A DNA stretch of 62,436 nucleotides from a bacterium (GCA_023267555.1 JAHFMZ010000001.1:1-62436), one strand, 5' to 3'. Counted from the first letter of the stretch, positions 9,177-18,474 are shown. Translations and numbers: made by a program. The notes: a model not told the origin generated them from the letters alone.

Positions 9177-10022
9177 ATGTCTCTCAAAAAATTGTCACAA
9201 TTAAATATAATAAAATCAGGAGTATTGTTTGTGCTTCTCATTTCATCATTCTTTTTAGGGAATACAAAAGTAGAAGCAGGTGCTGTGTCGTGGGGAGTTG
9301 TCAATGAAGTTTGCTTTGGTTATGATACTACCGCAAGAACCGGAGGGTGGGTTTATACTGATTGGGGAGATCAGTATGTTACTTACCCGGAACCTTTATT
9401 CTCAACTAGTTTTGGTGATGCGACTTTAACACAGCTCTCAGCTTATTTCCAAGAATATCCTATAATCAAACCGGGAACACTTTATTATTATGAAATAATG
9501 ACTAGCGATGGACCTGTTACTTCATACTTTCCTAATTCTGCTTGTAAAGGTGTCGAAAGTACACATTATTTTGCTGCAAATACCAGTAAGCAGATAGACG
9601 AATATGCTCCGGGCGAAACAATAACTGCTTCTCTCGGTGCAAACTCTTCTGGTGGATACACACAAGGTGGATGGAGTGGTTTTACAACTAGTCTTCTATG
9701 GAATCCTATTACTGGACCTATTAGTTGTTTCCTTTTTGGTTGTGATTCTCCACCATATGTTAGAGTGCTTGCTAGTGTGCAAGGACAGTATATTGCTGAT
9801 TGTCACGGTGATGGTACAGCTGGATGTTCGGGTACAATAAATACTCCCAGTGTTCCACTTGCCCCAGGGAGTTACAATCTTCATCTTGAAGGATGCTATA
9901 TAAACTGTTCACCTGTCGGCACTGCAGATATTCCTTTTGTTGTAACTACTCCTGCTGTACCTACTGTTCAATTAAATTTCAGTTTTTTGGATAAAATAAA
10001 ATCTTCTCTAGGAATAATATAG
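9177..10022 (+). CDS. hypothetical secreted protein
   Basis: 281-aa ORF with a signal-like N-terminus (GVLFVLLISSFFLGNTKVEA), several Cys and a Gly/Thr-rich region. Confidence 0.6.
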   Translation: MSLKKLSQLNIIKSGVLFVLLISSFFLGNTKVEAGAVSWGVVNEVCFGYDTTARTGGWVYTDWGDQYVTYPEPLFSTSFGDATLTQLSAYFQEYPIIKPGTLYYYEIMTSDGPVTSYFPNSACKGVESTHYFAANTSKQIDEYAPGETITASLGANSSGGYTQGGWSGFTTSLLWNPITGPISCFLFGCDSPPYVRVLASVQGQYIADCHGDGTAGCSGTINTPSVPLAPGSYNLHLEGCYINCSPVGTADIPFVVTTPAVPTVQLNFSFLDKIKSSLGII

Positions 10023-10039
10023 GGTTGGAAATAATTACT

Positions 10040-10068
10040 AATGAGCGACCACGAAGTGGTCGCTCATT
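10040..10068 (+). terminator. terminator hairpin with core GAGCGACCAC-GAA-GTGGTCGCTC (copy 2)
   Basis: AATGAGCGACCAC-GAA-GTGGTCGCTCATT, 18 nt after the stop at 10022. Confidence 0.75.
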
Positions 10069-10170
10069 GTAATTGTATTTACTCTCGACTCTCTCCTCTA
10101 AACTCTTAACTATTATTTGTCCACACCTGTAATATATACGATAGAATGAACCTAGCGTATACTAAAATCA

Positions 10171-10917
10171 ATGGAAAAAAATACAAAAATTACATTATTT
10201 GTACTGGTTCTTATTATTGTTGGTATTTATATATACACTCTCCCTAGATTTTCAGAGGAAACCTCAAAAGTTAATAGAATATTCAAGAAGCAAACTACTC
10301 CGGCGCTTGTTTTATTGCAAGAAAAGGTTACAGGTGTTTATCCAGATAAACTAAAAATAACTTTCGTTAAGGATTCTGTAGAGAAAACAGTAATTATCAA
10401 TCCAAATACAAAAATTGAAAAGATTATTTCACAAAAAAATGCGAAAGGAGAAGTAGAAAAACAGGCTATTGTAGAAGTAAATATTAGTGATATAAAAAAG
10501 GGAAGTCTAGTAAATATTAATTATCAAACAGAAGTTTCCAATCAATTAAATGGTGTTAATAGTATTTCTTTTGTCGTAAATGGTAGTGTTGATAAACTGC
10601 AAATATCTAAACCAGACACCAATGTGTATATGAAGGGTGAAATTATTTCTGTTGATACCAGTAGTACCACTCAAAAGAGTATTAAATATAAAACTTACAG
10701 TTTAAATTCTACTGGAGCAACTGCAAATATGCTTGTTCCTGATGGAATTGCGATATACAAAGTATCTGATCAATCACGATTATCCATACTTCACGCACGC
10801 GTATCAATTACACTTGCTGATATAAAATCCAAACAAGTTGCTCTTTTTGTACTAGATACAAAAGCTCTTCAAAAAGGAAAAATTATTCCACAAGAGATTA
10901 TTATCTTAGATAAATAA
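10171..10917 (+). CDS. hypothetical membrane-anchored protein
   Basis: 248-aa ORF with an N-terminal TM helix (ITLFVLVLIIVGIYIYTL). Confidence 0.6.
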   Translation: MEKNTKITLFVLVLIIVGIYIYTLPRFSEETSKVNRIFKKQTTPALVLLQEKVTGVYPDKLKITFVKDSVEKTVIINPNTKIEKIISQKNAKGEVEKQAIVEVNISDIKKGSLVNINYQTEVSNQLNGVNSISFVVNGSVDKLQISKPDTNVYMKGEIISVDTSSTTQKSIKYKTYSLNSTGATANMLVPDGIAIYKVSDQSRLSILHARVSITLADIKSKQVALFVLDTKALQKGKIIPQEIIILDK

Positions 10918-10926
10918 AAAAAATAT

Positions 10927-12552
10927 ATGAAATTCTCAACACAAAAAATAAGCACATCCCTCATAAAGATTCTCTTTGTTTGTATTTTGTTGTTGGGTTT
11001 TTCTAATACCGCAGGGGCTCTTGATTGTTTGGCTTCTGGTACTCATACTTGGGGAAAATGTTCCGTACTTCTCGAATCCATACCTAGTTACTCAGGAGGT
11101 TTAAATGTTGGTCAAGCTATTACTTTAACAAATACAGCTTCTGGTTATTCTGGTTCTGAGACTTGGAGTTGTATAGCTGGTCCTGCGTGGAGTGGCCCAA
11201 CTAATTCTTCTTGTGTCGCTGTATGTCCAGCAGATTCTCCATATTCAGAGACTCGTTCTGGAGCTATCGCTCAATATTGTGCTGATTCGGGAGTGGTTTG
11301 TGGTACTGATTATCACTATGTTTCAAGTATATCTTGTCACGCAGCACCAGGTTGGGCTGCTTATGGAAATTCTTGTACAGCACCATCTTGTGGTGGTTGC
11401 GGTTGTGTCGCAGATCCTATCTCTGCATCTATCAATGCTGCTACTCCTGTATTATATGGTACGGCCTCTAATCTCGTATTACAATCATCGGGGGCAACTA
11501 GTTGTAATTTGTCTGGCATAGATCCAAATATATCTACGAATGTACGAGTAGATAGATCTACTGCCATTTTATATTCTAATCAGACATATGCCTTTGGTTG
11601 CAGTAACGCAAATAATAACACCAGCAGTGGATGGCAGTACAAGGAAGTGGTTGTGTGTGCCCAAGGACAAACAATAAGTGGCGGAAATTGTATCTCAGCG
11701 CCTGCTCCAACAACTACAGGTCTAGAAATACATCACACTCCGAATCCAGGTACAATTTATCCAACAACAAATTTTGTTATTTCTTGGAGTGGTGGAAGTA
11801 ATAGTCCAACATACTACAATGCATCTCTCTATAATACATCTCTTGGAAGTCTATATTATCCAAATCTTCTTATTGGAGATGGTACAACTTCTGGAAACAG
11901 GACAGCTACTACATTTCCTGGTGCTCCTAGTGGAGGACTCAGCGGAAGCTATCTCTTGAAGATTCAAGCCTGTAACTCCAGCGGTTGTAGTGATTGGGTT
12001 AATGGAACAACTCTTACAATCACTCCACCAATAGTTGCTCCAACAACTGCGTCGATAACCGTCACTCCTACCACCGTTTCTTCAAATCAAATATTCAGTG
12101 CTTCTTGGAGTGGAAACAATACACCAACATCATATAACGCGAAGATTCATAATACGAGTACTGGTGCTGATCTTACTTATACTGGGTTAACTACCACATC
12201 CTCAGGGGATTTAACTGCCGCAACGATTCCACTTGCCGTTGGAAGTTATATATTTCAGATTCAACCCTGCAACTCCGCTGGCTGTACTCCCGGATGGTTT
12301 GATTCAAACACTTTGTCAGTTGTTTTATCAACAGTGGTTATCGGTACATTTAATGCAAACAGCACGCCCGATAATTTAAATCTTCCATATGGAGGTGGTT
12401 CTGTCACACTTTCTTGGACAACAACAAATGCTACCAGCTGTACTATTACTGGTGGTGGACGAAATGACACATTCACCGGTGCTTCGGCATTGAATGGAAG
12501 CGAAACATTTAATGTTACAACATCTGCGACATATAATATTACCTGCCAGTAA
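10927..12552 (+). CDS. secreted Cys-rich protein with tandem ~100-aa repeat domains
   Basis: Signal-like N-terminus. Two clearly related internal repeats: ..ISWSGGSNSPTYYNASLYNTS..GSYLLKIQACNSSGCSDW.. and ..ASWSGNNTPTSYNAKIHNTS..GSYIFQIQPCNSAGCTPGW.. Confidence 0.65.
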   Translation: MKFSTQKISTSLIKILFVCILLLGFSNTAGALDCLASGTHTWGKCSVLLESIPSYSGGLNVGQAITLTNTASGYSGSETWSCIAGPAWSGPTNSSCVAVCPADSPYSETRSGAIAQYCADSGVVCGTDYHYVSSISCHAAPGWAAYGNSCTAPSCGGCGCVADPISASINAATPVLYGTASNLVLQSSGATSCNLSGIDPNISTNVRVDRSTAILYSNQTYAFGCSNANNNTSSGWQYKEVVVCAQGQTISGGNCISAPAPTTTGLEIHHTPNPGTIYPTTNFVISWSGGSNSPTYYNASLYNTSLGSLYYPNLLIGDGTTSGNRTATTFPGAPSGGLSGSYLLKIQACNSSGCSDWVNGTTLTITPPIVAPTTASITVTPTTVSSNQIFSASWSGNNTPTSYNAKIHNTSTGADLTYTGLTTTSSGDLTAATIPLAVGSYIFQIQPCNSAGCTPGWFDSNTLSVVLSTVVIGTFNANSTPDNLNLPYGGGSVTLSWTTTNATSCTITGGGRNDTFTGASALNGSETFNVTTSATYNITCQ

Positions 12553-12589
12553 ATAGTTTAGAGGTGAGAGTTAAGAGTAGAGAGGAACA

Positions 12590-12620
12590 TAAAGAGCGAC
12601 CACGAAGTGGTCGCTCTTTA
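12590..12620 (+). terminator. terminator hairpin with core GAGCGACCAC-GAA-GTGGTCGCTC (copy 3)
   Basis: TAAAGAGCGACCAC-GAA-GTGGTCGCTCTTTA. Confidence 0.75.
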
Positions 12621-12640
12621 ATGTTTTATATATTACGATA

Positions 12641-12765
12641 GCCAATTCAAAAATTATTTCAGATACGCGAAGCCTAAGGATTTTTTGAGAGAGGTGTACT
12701 TAAATGTACAGTGAATGAGAAAAATCCTGTAGCGACAAAGTAGATGGAATGATTTTAGAATTGGT
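12641..12765 (-). repeat. imperfect palindrome of the same family, copy C (inverted orientation)
   Basis: The reverse complement reads AAAATCATTCCATCTACTTTGTCGCTACAGG..TGTAC-ATTTAA-GTACA..TAGGCTTCGCGTATCTGAAATAATTTTT. Outer arms are GCCAATTC and GAATTGG. Confidence 0.75.
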
Positions 12766-12810
12766 TCATTATTTGTAACAACAATGACCTAGATTTGGTA
12801 TACTATATTT

Positions 12811-14154
12811 ATGAGACGAATATTCGCTAGTTTTATTGTTGCTCTTTTATTTGTCACTGGGGCTACTTATGTATTTGCTCAATCTCGTGAACAACTCGAG
12901 GCAGATTTGGCAAATTTGGAAGCACAAATACAAGCATTAACAAATAGTATTACTCAAACCAAACAACAAGGCACGTCACTCAAAAATGATATTGCTATTC
13001 TTGCTGACAAAATAGCCAAAGCCAAACAAAATATAAAAACTCACGATGCGGCCATATCTGTACTTAATCGAAATATATCCGAGAAGAATCAGACAATAAA
13101 TGTTCTTGATTCAAAAATGGAACGCGAAAAAGATTCTCTTGCGCAAATTATGCGAAAGACAAGATATTTAGAACAGTATTCACTTCTTGATTTCAGTCTT
13201 CAATCACAAAGTCTCTCATCTTTTTTTTCTGATGCTGATTCTTTCTCTACACTCAATCGTGCTATCAATGATAGTTTGCAAGATATTCGTAATACAGAAT
13301 CGGATATTGAAACAGCAAAATCTCAATTAGAAGTTGCAAAAGATTCAGAAACTCAAAAGAAACTTGCTCAAGAAGCGCTCAAGAAGACAGTAGAAATAAA
13401 TCAAAAAGAAAAAAATACACTTCTTTCTATTACAAAAAATCAAGAAACGGCATATAAAAAAGTATTAGCAGATCGTGAAAAAGAAGCTGCACAAATTCGT
13501 GCTCGTCTCTTTGATCTTCGTGATGTGGCAGCTATTTCATTTGGTCAGGCTTATGATTTTGCTTTAGCCGCGTCCAAAACTACAGGTGTTCGTCCTGCAC
13601 TTATTTTGGCTATTTTGATGCAAGAATCATCTCTTGGTATAAATGTTGGTGCTTGTTATTTGAGTAATCCTCAAACAGGAAATGGTGTAAGTATAAAAAC
13701 TGGAGAGATAAGAAATAGAGTTATGAATCCGACTCGCGATGTTCCTATTTTTAGTAGGCTTCTTCCGAAACTTGGACGTGATATGTCAAAGACTCCAGTA
13801 TCTTGTTGGATTGCAGCGTACAGTGGAGGTCAACCAAGTGGTTGGGGAGGAGCGATGGGGCCATCACAGTTTATTCCATCAACGTGGCAATTATTTGAAA
13901 GTAGAATTGAAAGTGTTACAGGTGCATCCCAAGCCGATCCTTGGATTCCATATCACGCAATCACAGCGACATCACTTTATTTGGCCGATTTGGGTGCGGT
14001 AGCCGGAAATGAAGCTAGCGAAAGAAACGCTGCTTGTAAATATTATTCGGGTAGATCTTGTGCTTCATCTTCGGCAGGTGCTGGCTATGGTAATTCTGTG
14101 ATGAAGAAATTATATGCAATGCAGGCGGACATTGATAAGCTTCAAAATAAATAA
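12811..14154 (+). CDS. secreted coiled-coil protein with a C-terminal lytic murein transglycosylase (MltB/SLT-like) domain
   Basis: Signal peptide, ~230 aa of heptad-like Q/K/E-rich sequence, then ALILAILMQESSLG and GAMGPSQFIPSTW, which resemble lytic transglycosylase motifs. Confidence 0.7.
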   Translation: MRRIFASFIVALLFVTGATYVFAQSREQLEADLANLEAQIQALTNSITQTKQQGTSLKNDIAILADKIAKAKQNIKTHDAAISVLNRNISEKNQTINVLDSKMEREKDSLAQIMRKTRYLEQYSLLDFSLQSQSLSSFFSDADSFSTLNRAINDSLQDIRNTESDIETAKSQLEVAKDSETQKKLAQEALKKTVEINQKEKNTLLSITKNQETAYKKVLADREKEAAQIRARLFDLRDVAAISFGQAYDFALAASKTTGVRPALILAILMQESSLGINVGACYLSNPQTGNGVSIKTGEIRNRVMNPTRDVPIFSRLLPKLGRDMSKTPVSCWIAAYSGGQPSGWGGAMGPSQFIPSTWQLFESRIESVTGASQADPWIPYHAITATSLYLADLGAVAGNEASERNAACKYYSGRSCASSSAGAGYGNSVMKKLYAMQADIDKLQNK

Positions 14155-14221
14155 AATAAGGAAAAATTTGCCTGTTCCGGTGCTTGTTTTTTGTTTATAA
14201 ATGTGTTAATATTGCGTAACT

Positions 14222-14431
14222 ATGAAATCAGAAATTCATCCAACATATTTTGAAAAAGCAACCGCAACTTGTGCTTGTGGTGCCAAATATACTGTTGGCT
14301 CAACAAAAGAAAAGATAGAAGTTGAAATCTGTCAGGCTTGTCATCCTTTTTATACGGGGCTAGAAAAAGTACTCGATACAACCGGACGTGTCGACAAATT
14401 CAAAAAACGTTCTGCAGCAGCTAAAAAATAA
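14222..14431 (+). CDS. rpmE: 50S ribosomal protein L31
   Basis: MKSEIHPTYFE..CACGAKY..CQACHPFYTG. Confidence 0.9.
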   Translation: MKSEIHPTYFEKATATCACGAKYTVGSTKEKIEVEICQACHPFYTGLEKVLDTTGRVDKFKKRSAAAKK

Positions 14432-14539
14432 CTCATCTGCTTTGTTAAAAGGCGCAGTTCCTCGTCAACGTACTACGCGTACGCCTCCATCGGAACTGCG
14501 CCTTTTGCCGCGCATCTGAATCATTTTTTAACTGCTGCG
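14412..14539 (+). repeat. stop-codon-proximal imperfect palindrome, copy D (5' arm overlaps the last codons of rpmE)
   Basis: Outer pairing is TCTGCAGCAGCTAAAAAATAACTCATCTGC with GCATCTGAATCATTTTTTAACTGCTGCGA. Inner pairing is AAAAGGCGCAGTTCC with GGAACTGCGCCTTTT. Centre is GTCAACGTAC-TACGC-GTACGCCTCC. Confidence 0.75.
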
Positions 14540-14570
14540 AAATACTTCAAATTATTTTGCTATACTAACA

Positions 14571-15545
14571 ATGATTATGAATTTAGAAGACTTTAAAAAT
14601 AATCCTCGCACTGCCTATCTCGCCCAAGAATACGAGCGACTTTTGAATGCAAAAAATGAAGCAGAGCAACTTCTCGTAGATGAGTCGATGAAAGAGTTAG
14701 CTCAAAGTGAAATAGATACTCTTACTCCACAAATAGAATCTCTTTGGAAACAAATGGAAGACATCGCAACAGTTGCCAAAGAAGAAGATGCCAAACCCAA
14801 AGCGATGATTTTGGAAATCTCAGCTGGTGCAGGCGGAGACGAGTCCACACTTTTTGCTGCCGAACTCGCTTCTGCATATTCACTTTATTGTGAAGCACAC
14901 AAAATTGGTTTTGAAAAAGTTGACGATTCACAAAGTGAAGTCGGTGGATATAAATATGCTTCTTTTGAAATCAAAGGCAAAGACGCGTGGGATACATTTA
15001 AATATGAAAGTGGAGTGCATCGTGTACAGCGTATTCCAGATACTGAAAAAAACGGTCGCGTGCATACTTCCACCATCACTGTTTCGGTTATGCCTATTCG
15101 TGAACAAAAAAAGGTGACAATCAATCCCGCCGATTTAGAAATCGAAACGTCACGCTCAGGTGGTGCTGGTGGACAAAATGTAAACAAAGTCGAAACAGCT
15201 GTGCGCGTGATACACAAGCCGACAGGCATCGCCATTCGTTGTACTATCGAACGCAGTCAATTAAAAAATAAAGAACGTGCACTTCAAATGCTTCAAGCCA
15301 AACTCGATCAATTAGAAGCCGAAAGAGAAGGTACAGATTTTCGTGGAGAGAAGCGTTCGCAAGTTGGTACAGGTGATAGAAGTGAAAAAATCAGAACATA
15401 TAATTTCCCACAAGACCGCGTGACCGACCATCGTATCAAAGAATCCTGGCACGGCTTACCAAAAATTATGGAAGGCAACCTCGACCCAATCTTCACCGCT
15501 CTCCAAAACTTCCAAGGCGACTTCACTGAAGGGGATGAAGAGTAA
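14571..15545 (+). CDS. prfA: peptide chain release factor 1
   Basis: GGQ motif [18 protein letters not shown], and a P-x-T type tripeptide ([14 protein letters not shown]) aligned to the RF1 PAT motif. Shorter N-terminus than usual. Confidence 0.8.
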   Translation: MIMNLEDFKNNPRTAYLAQEYERLLNAKNEAEQLLVDESMKELAQSEIDTLTPQIESLWKQMEDIATVAKEEDAKPKAMILEISAGAGGDESTLFAAELASAYSLYCEAHKIGFEKVDDSQSEVGGYKYASFEIKGKDAWDTFKYESGVHRVQRIPDTEKNGRVHTSTITVSVMPIREQKKVTINPADLEIETSRSGGAGGQNVNKVETAVRVIHKPTGIAIRCTIERSQLKNKERALQMLQAKLDQLEAEREGTDFRGEKRSQVGTGDRSEKIRTYNFPQDRVTDHRIKESWHGLPKIMEGNLDPIFTALQNFQGDFTEGDEE

Positions 15546-15582
15546 AGCTTTACAAAGTTGTTACAAGGTGTAGTATTGCGGT

Positions 15583-16230
15583 ATGAATAATACAGATATA
15601 TTTTTTCAGTTATCTTCAGCGATTGCGACAGTTTTAACAGCGGGTGTTGCATATTGGTTGTACAGGTTACAAAAAAATGCTGACTTTGAAAGTGGGGCAA
15701 GAATTGTTGTTTTGGAAATAAAAGAAGCTGAAAAAACAATAAGAGCTCTCTTGGAAATAAGAAATAGCGCTCCTGATGTTAACGCTACTATATATCCTGA
15801 AGACGTTGTTAAGATTGTTCCTAATAAATCTTGGAATAAATATTCTCATTTTTTCATAAAAAAACTTTCCAATGACGAATATGATTTAATAAATAATTTT
15901 TATAGCCAGTGTAGTTTACTAGAAAAATATTTAGAAAAAAATTCTCAATTTTTCTGGATTTCTGCAGAAGAAAGGGCAAGGTTAGCAGAAATCGTAGCAT
16001 CTAAAATAGCACACGAGTATTCATCCAAGGATACAGCACCAACAATTGAGCAAATAAACGCCGAGTTTGTTAATTATGAAAAGTTATTTTATGCTATGAA
16101 TTCACTTTATAGGCCACAGAGAACTACTACTAGTATAAATAAGTTACTTTCGTCTGTTGAATTTATATCTAGAACAACAGCTTGGAACTCATTAAAAAAA
16201 CTTGCCGATTATAAAGATGTTTTAGGGTGA
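15583..16230 (+). CDS. hypothetical protein with an N-terminal TM helix
   Basis: 215-aa ORF. No family recognised. Confidence 0.55.
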   Translation: MNNTDIFFQLSSAIATVLTAGVAYWLYRLQKNADFESGARIVVLEIKEAEKTIRALLEIRNSAPDVNATIYPEDVVKIVPNKSWNKYSHFFIKKLSNDEYDLINNFYSQCSLLEKYLEKNSQFFWISAEERARLAEIVASKIAHEYSSKDTAPTIEQINAEFVNYEKLFYAMNSLYRPQRTTTSINKLLSSVEFISRTTAWNSLKKLADYKDVLG

Positions 16231-16485
16231 TTTCATTCTCGGTATTCCCAAACCCCTAATTCTGTGCTAGAATAGTCATATTCATCCAATCGGGCAAATC
16301 AGGATTTGGACACCTGAGCATACTCATCCGCGCATTACAGACGCTTGCAAAACTTGCATTAAGGAGGACGAGTACTGTGGCACGAGGCAAATGTTTATTA
16401 TTAAAAAATAATGTTTTAGAATTTTGTATTGGGTGTTTGTATTTACTACTTTCTACCTTCTTCTTTCTACTACACTAATCAACTT

Positions 16486-17166
16486 ATGTCATCAAATATA
16501 ACAACGGAGGCACTAAAAAATGCAGGTCTCCAATATGGATACTCACGTACTCGTCGTCACCCATCTACAAAACCTTTTATTGAAGGTAATCATAATGGTG
16601 TCGATTTTATCAATCTCGAAAAAACACAAGAGCAGTTAGAAAATGCTTTAACTTTCCTTTCTTCTATGAAGAATGCTGGTAAGGTTATTCTTTTTGTCGG
16701 TGTAAAGCCAGAAATTCGTCAAATCGTAAAAGAAGTTGCTCTTTCATTAAATGCACCATACATCGCAGAAAGATTTATTGGTGGTACACTCACAAATTTT
16801 CCACAAATCAAGAAGCGTATTGAAAAGTTGCACGAACTTTTGAAGAAAAAGGAAACAGGAGAGCTCAATGTTTATACAAAAAAGGAACAGCTACTCATTC
16901 AACGCGACATAGACAGACTAGACCGTGATTTCGGTGGTATTTCTTCACTTACAAATATCCCTCACGCTATTGTTGTGATCGATCCACGTCACGAAGATAT
17001 GTGTATCAAGGAAGCAAAACGTCTCCACATACCTGTGGTTGCACTTTCAAACACTGATTGTAAAATAGATGGTATAGAGTATCCAATCGTTGGAAATGAC
17101 GGTTCAGTCTCTTCTATCCGTTTTGTACTTGAAGCAATCAAGGAAGCTCTCCAAATCGAAGCATAA
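16486..17166 (+). CDS. rpsB: 30S ribosomal protein S2
   Basis: S2-like GLQYGYSRTRRHPSTKPFI..VDFINLEKT..ILFVGVK..VVIDPRHEDMCIKEAKRLHIPVVALSNTD. The ATG at 16486 is preferred over the TTG-started extension. Confidence 0.85.
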   Translation: MSSNITTEALKNAGLQYGYSRTRRHPSTKPFIEGNHNGVDFINLEKTQEQLENALTFLSSMKNAGKVILFVGVKPEIRQIVKEVALSLNAPYIAERFIGGTLTNFPQIKKRIEKLHELLKKKETGELNVYTKKEQLLIQRDIDRLDRDFGGISSLTNIPHAIVVIDPRHEDMCIKEAKRLHIPVVALSNTDCKIDGIEYPIVGNDGSVSSIRFVLEAIKEALQIEA

Positions 17167-17194
17167 TAATTTGTAATTAACTCTTATTTAAACT

Positions 17195-17665
17195 ATGGAC
17201 ATAATCAAAGAACTCCGCGAAGAAACAGGCTTATCTTTTGCTCAAATCAAGAAAGCTCTCGATGAAGCAAATGGTGACAAAGAAAAAGCTCGCACAATAC
17301 TTTCAGCCTATTCATCTACTCAAGCCGAAAAGAAAGCCGACCGCGAATTGGGTGCCGGTATTGTTTCTTCATATATACATTCAACTGGAACAGTTGGAGT
17401 GTTGCTAGAGCTTGGTTGCGAAACAGATTTCGTTGCCAAGAATGAAGAATTCAAAACTTTAGCCCACGATATTGCTATGCATATTTGTGCTATGTCTCCG
17501 ACATCAATCAACAATGAAGATGGTGCCGGTGAAGAAACTGCACTTATGAAGCAACCGTTTATAAAAAATCCAGAAACAACTGTCGAGCAAAAGATTCAAG
17601 CAGCGATACAAAAGTTTGGTGAAAATACAAAAGTAATAAAATTTGTCCGTTATAGTATCTTCTAG
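17195..17665 (+). CDS. tsf: elongation factor Ts (short form)
   Basis: UBA-like N-terminus MDIIKELREETGLSFAQIKKALDEANGDKEKA, then GVLLELGCETDFVAKNEEF. Only 156 aa. Confidence 0.85.
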   Translation: MDIIKELREETGLSFAQIKKALDEANGDKEKARTILSAYSSTQAEKKADRELGAGIVSSYIHSTGTVGVLLELGCETDFVAKNEEFKTLAHDIAMHICAMSPTSINNEDGAGEETALMKQPFIKNPETTVEQKIQAAIQKFGENTKVIKFVRYSIF

Positions 17666-17675
17666 ATATATAAAT

Positions 17676-18065
17676 ATGTTACTACTCATTTTATTAATAA
17701 GCGGAATACTAGTCGCAATCGGTGCGTCACTTATTCTCGTGATTCAATATTATCGTGTAAAACTAGGAGTAGTTAAAATTGATCCAAAATATAATGGTCC
17801 AGCACAAGTATCAAAAACTTTGCACGCCATCATTCGTTATTTACTTAGACGAAGTGTTCATTTTAGAAAGTTTATGATGCAATACATAGCACACTTGGCT
17901 GTGCGTGTGATGTATTACATCGACAAATTGTCTACACATTTATATTCACGTTCACGAAATTGGTTTGTGCAAAATGCCGTGCGAAACAGAGGGACAGTGC
18001 CACATTTTTGGGAACATTTGAAAGTTTATAAGCAAGAGATGGATCGTGAGCGTGAAGAAGAATAG
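17676..18065 (+). CDS. hypothetical small membrane protein
   Basis: Internal ATG gives MLLLILLISGILVAIGASLILVI (TM helix). The longer ORF would overlap the tsf stop. Confidence 0.5.
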   Translation: MLLLILLISGILVAIGASLILVIQYYRVKLGVVKIDPKYNGPAQVSKTLHAIIRYLLRRSVHFRKFMMQYIAHLAVRVMYYIDKLSTHLYSRSRNWFVQNAVRNRGTVPHFWEHLKVYKQEMDREREEE

Positions 18066-18073
18066 CTCCTGCT

Positions 18074-18188
18074 TCCAAAATTACTTCATCTTCGTTGTTG
18101 CGGGTCCCTGCGAGATCGTCATCGTACTATTAAGTACGTCTCCTCGTTCGCTTTCCCGCGCCTAGAATCTAAAGCAATTTTTGAAACG
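18074..18188 (+). repeat. stop-codon-proximal imperfect palindrome, copy E
   Basis: CCAAAATTACTTCATCTTCGTTGTTGCGGGTCCC..GTCATCGTAC-TATTAA-GTACGTCTCC..GCCTAGAATCTAAAGCAATTTTTG. Confidence 0.65.
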
Positions 18189-18263
18189 GCTGACGTAGTT
18201 CTGTTGGGGTGACAAAATAATGAAAAAATGATAGGATATTGTATATTGTTTCAGTGTTAATAT

Positions 18264-18282
18264 GCCGCTTTAGCTCAGTTGG
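18264..18282 (+). pseudogene. orphan 5' fragment of tRNA-Thr (part of a 26-nt direct repeat)
   Basis: GCCGCTTTAGCTCAGTTGG is identical to 18372-18390. With the upstream TTAATAT, the repeat is 18257-18282 and 18365-18390. No T arm or acceptor 3' strand follows. Confidence 0.7.
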
Positions 18283-18371
18283 CACGAGCGCAAGCGAGAT
18301 TGTCAAAAGCCAACGGTTTCAAAACCGTATAAAATTGACACGTTATTTTATTTAGTTGAAATATTTAATAT

Positions 18372-18447
18372 GCCGCTTTAGCTCAGTTGGTAGAGCAACG
18401 GTTTTGTAAACCGTAGGTCCTCAGTTCGAATCTGAGAAGCGGCTCCA
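18372..18447 (+). tRNA. tRNA-Thr (anticodon UGU), CCA encoded
   Basis: GCCGCTT-TA-GCTC-AGTTGGTA-GAGC-A-ACGGT-TTTGTAA-ACCGT-AGGTC-CTCAG-TTCGAAT-CTGAG-AAGCGGC-T-CCA. Confidence 0.9.
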
Positions 18448-18474
18448 TAATAAGCGGAGCTTATTATTAAATGT

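Noticed and set aside
14571-15545. Possible alternative genetic code or recoding (for example UGA reassignment, or a prfB-type frameshift)
   Set aside because: Conserved genes are read through cleanly with code 11 and end at TAA, TAG or TGA. No in-frame stops are needed. The release factor here is RF1-type with an uninterrupted frame.
16231-16485. SRP RNA or 6S RNA in the rpsB upstream spacer
   Set aside because: I could not find the conserved helix-8 GNAR tetraloop with flanking AGCA/GGAA motifs, nor a 6S-like open-promoter mimic. It is kept only as an unexplained region.
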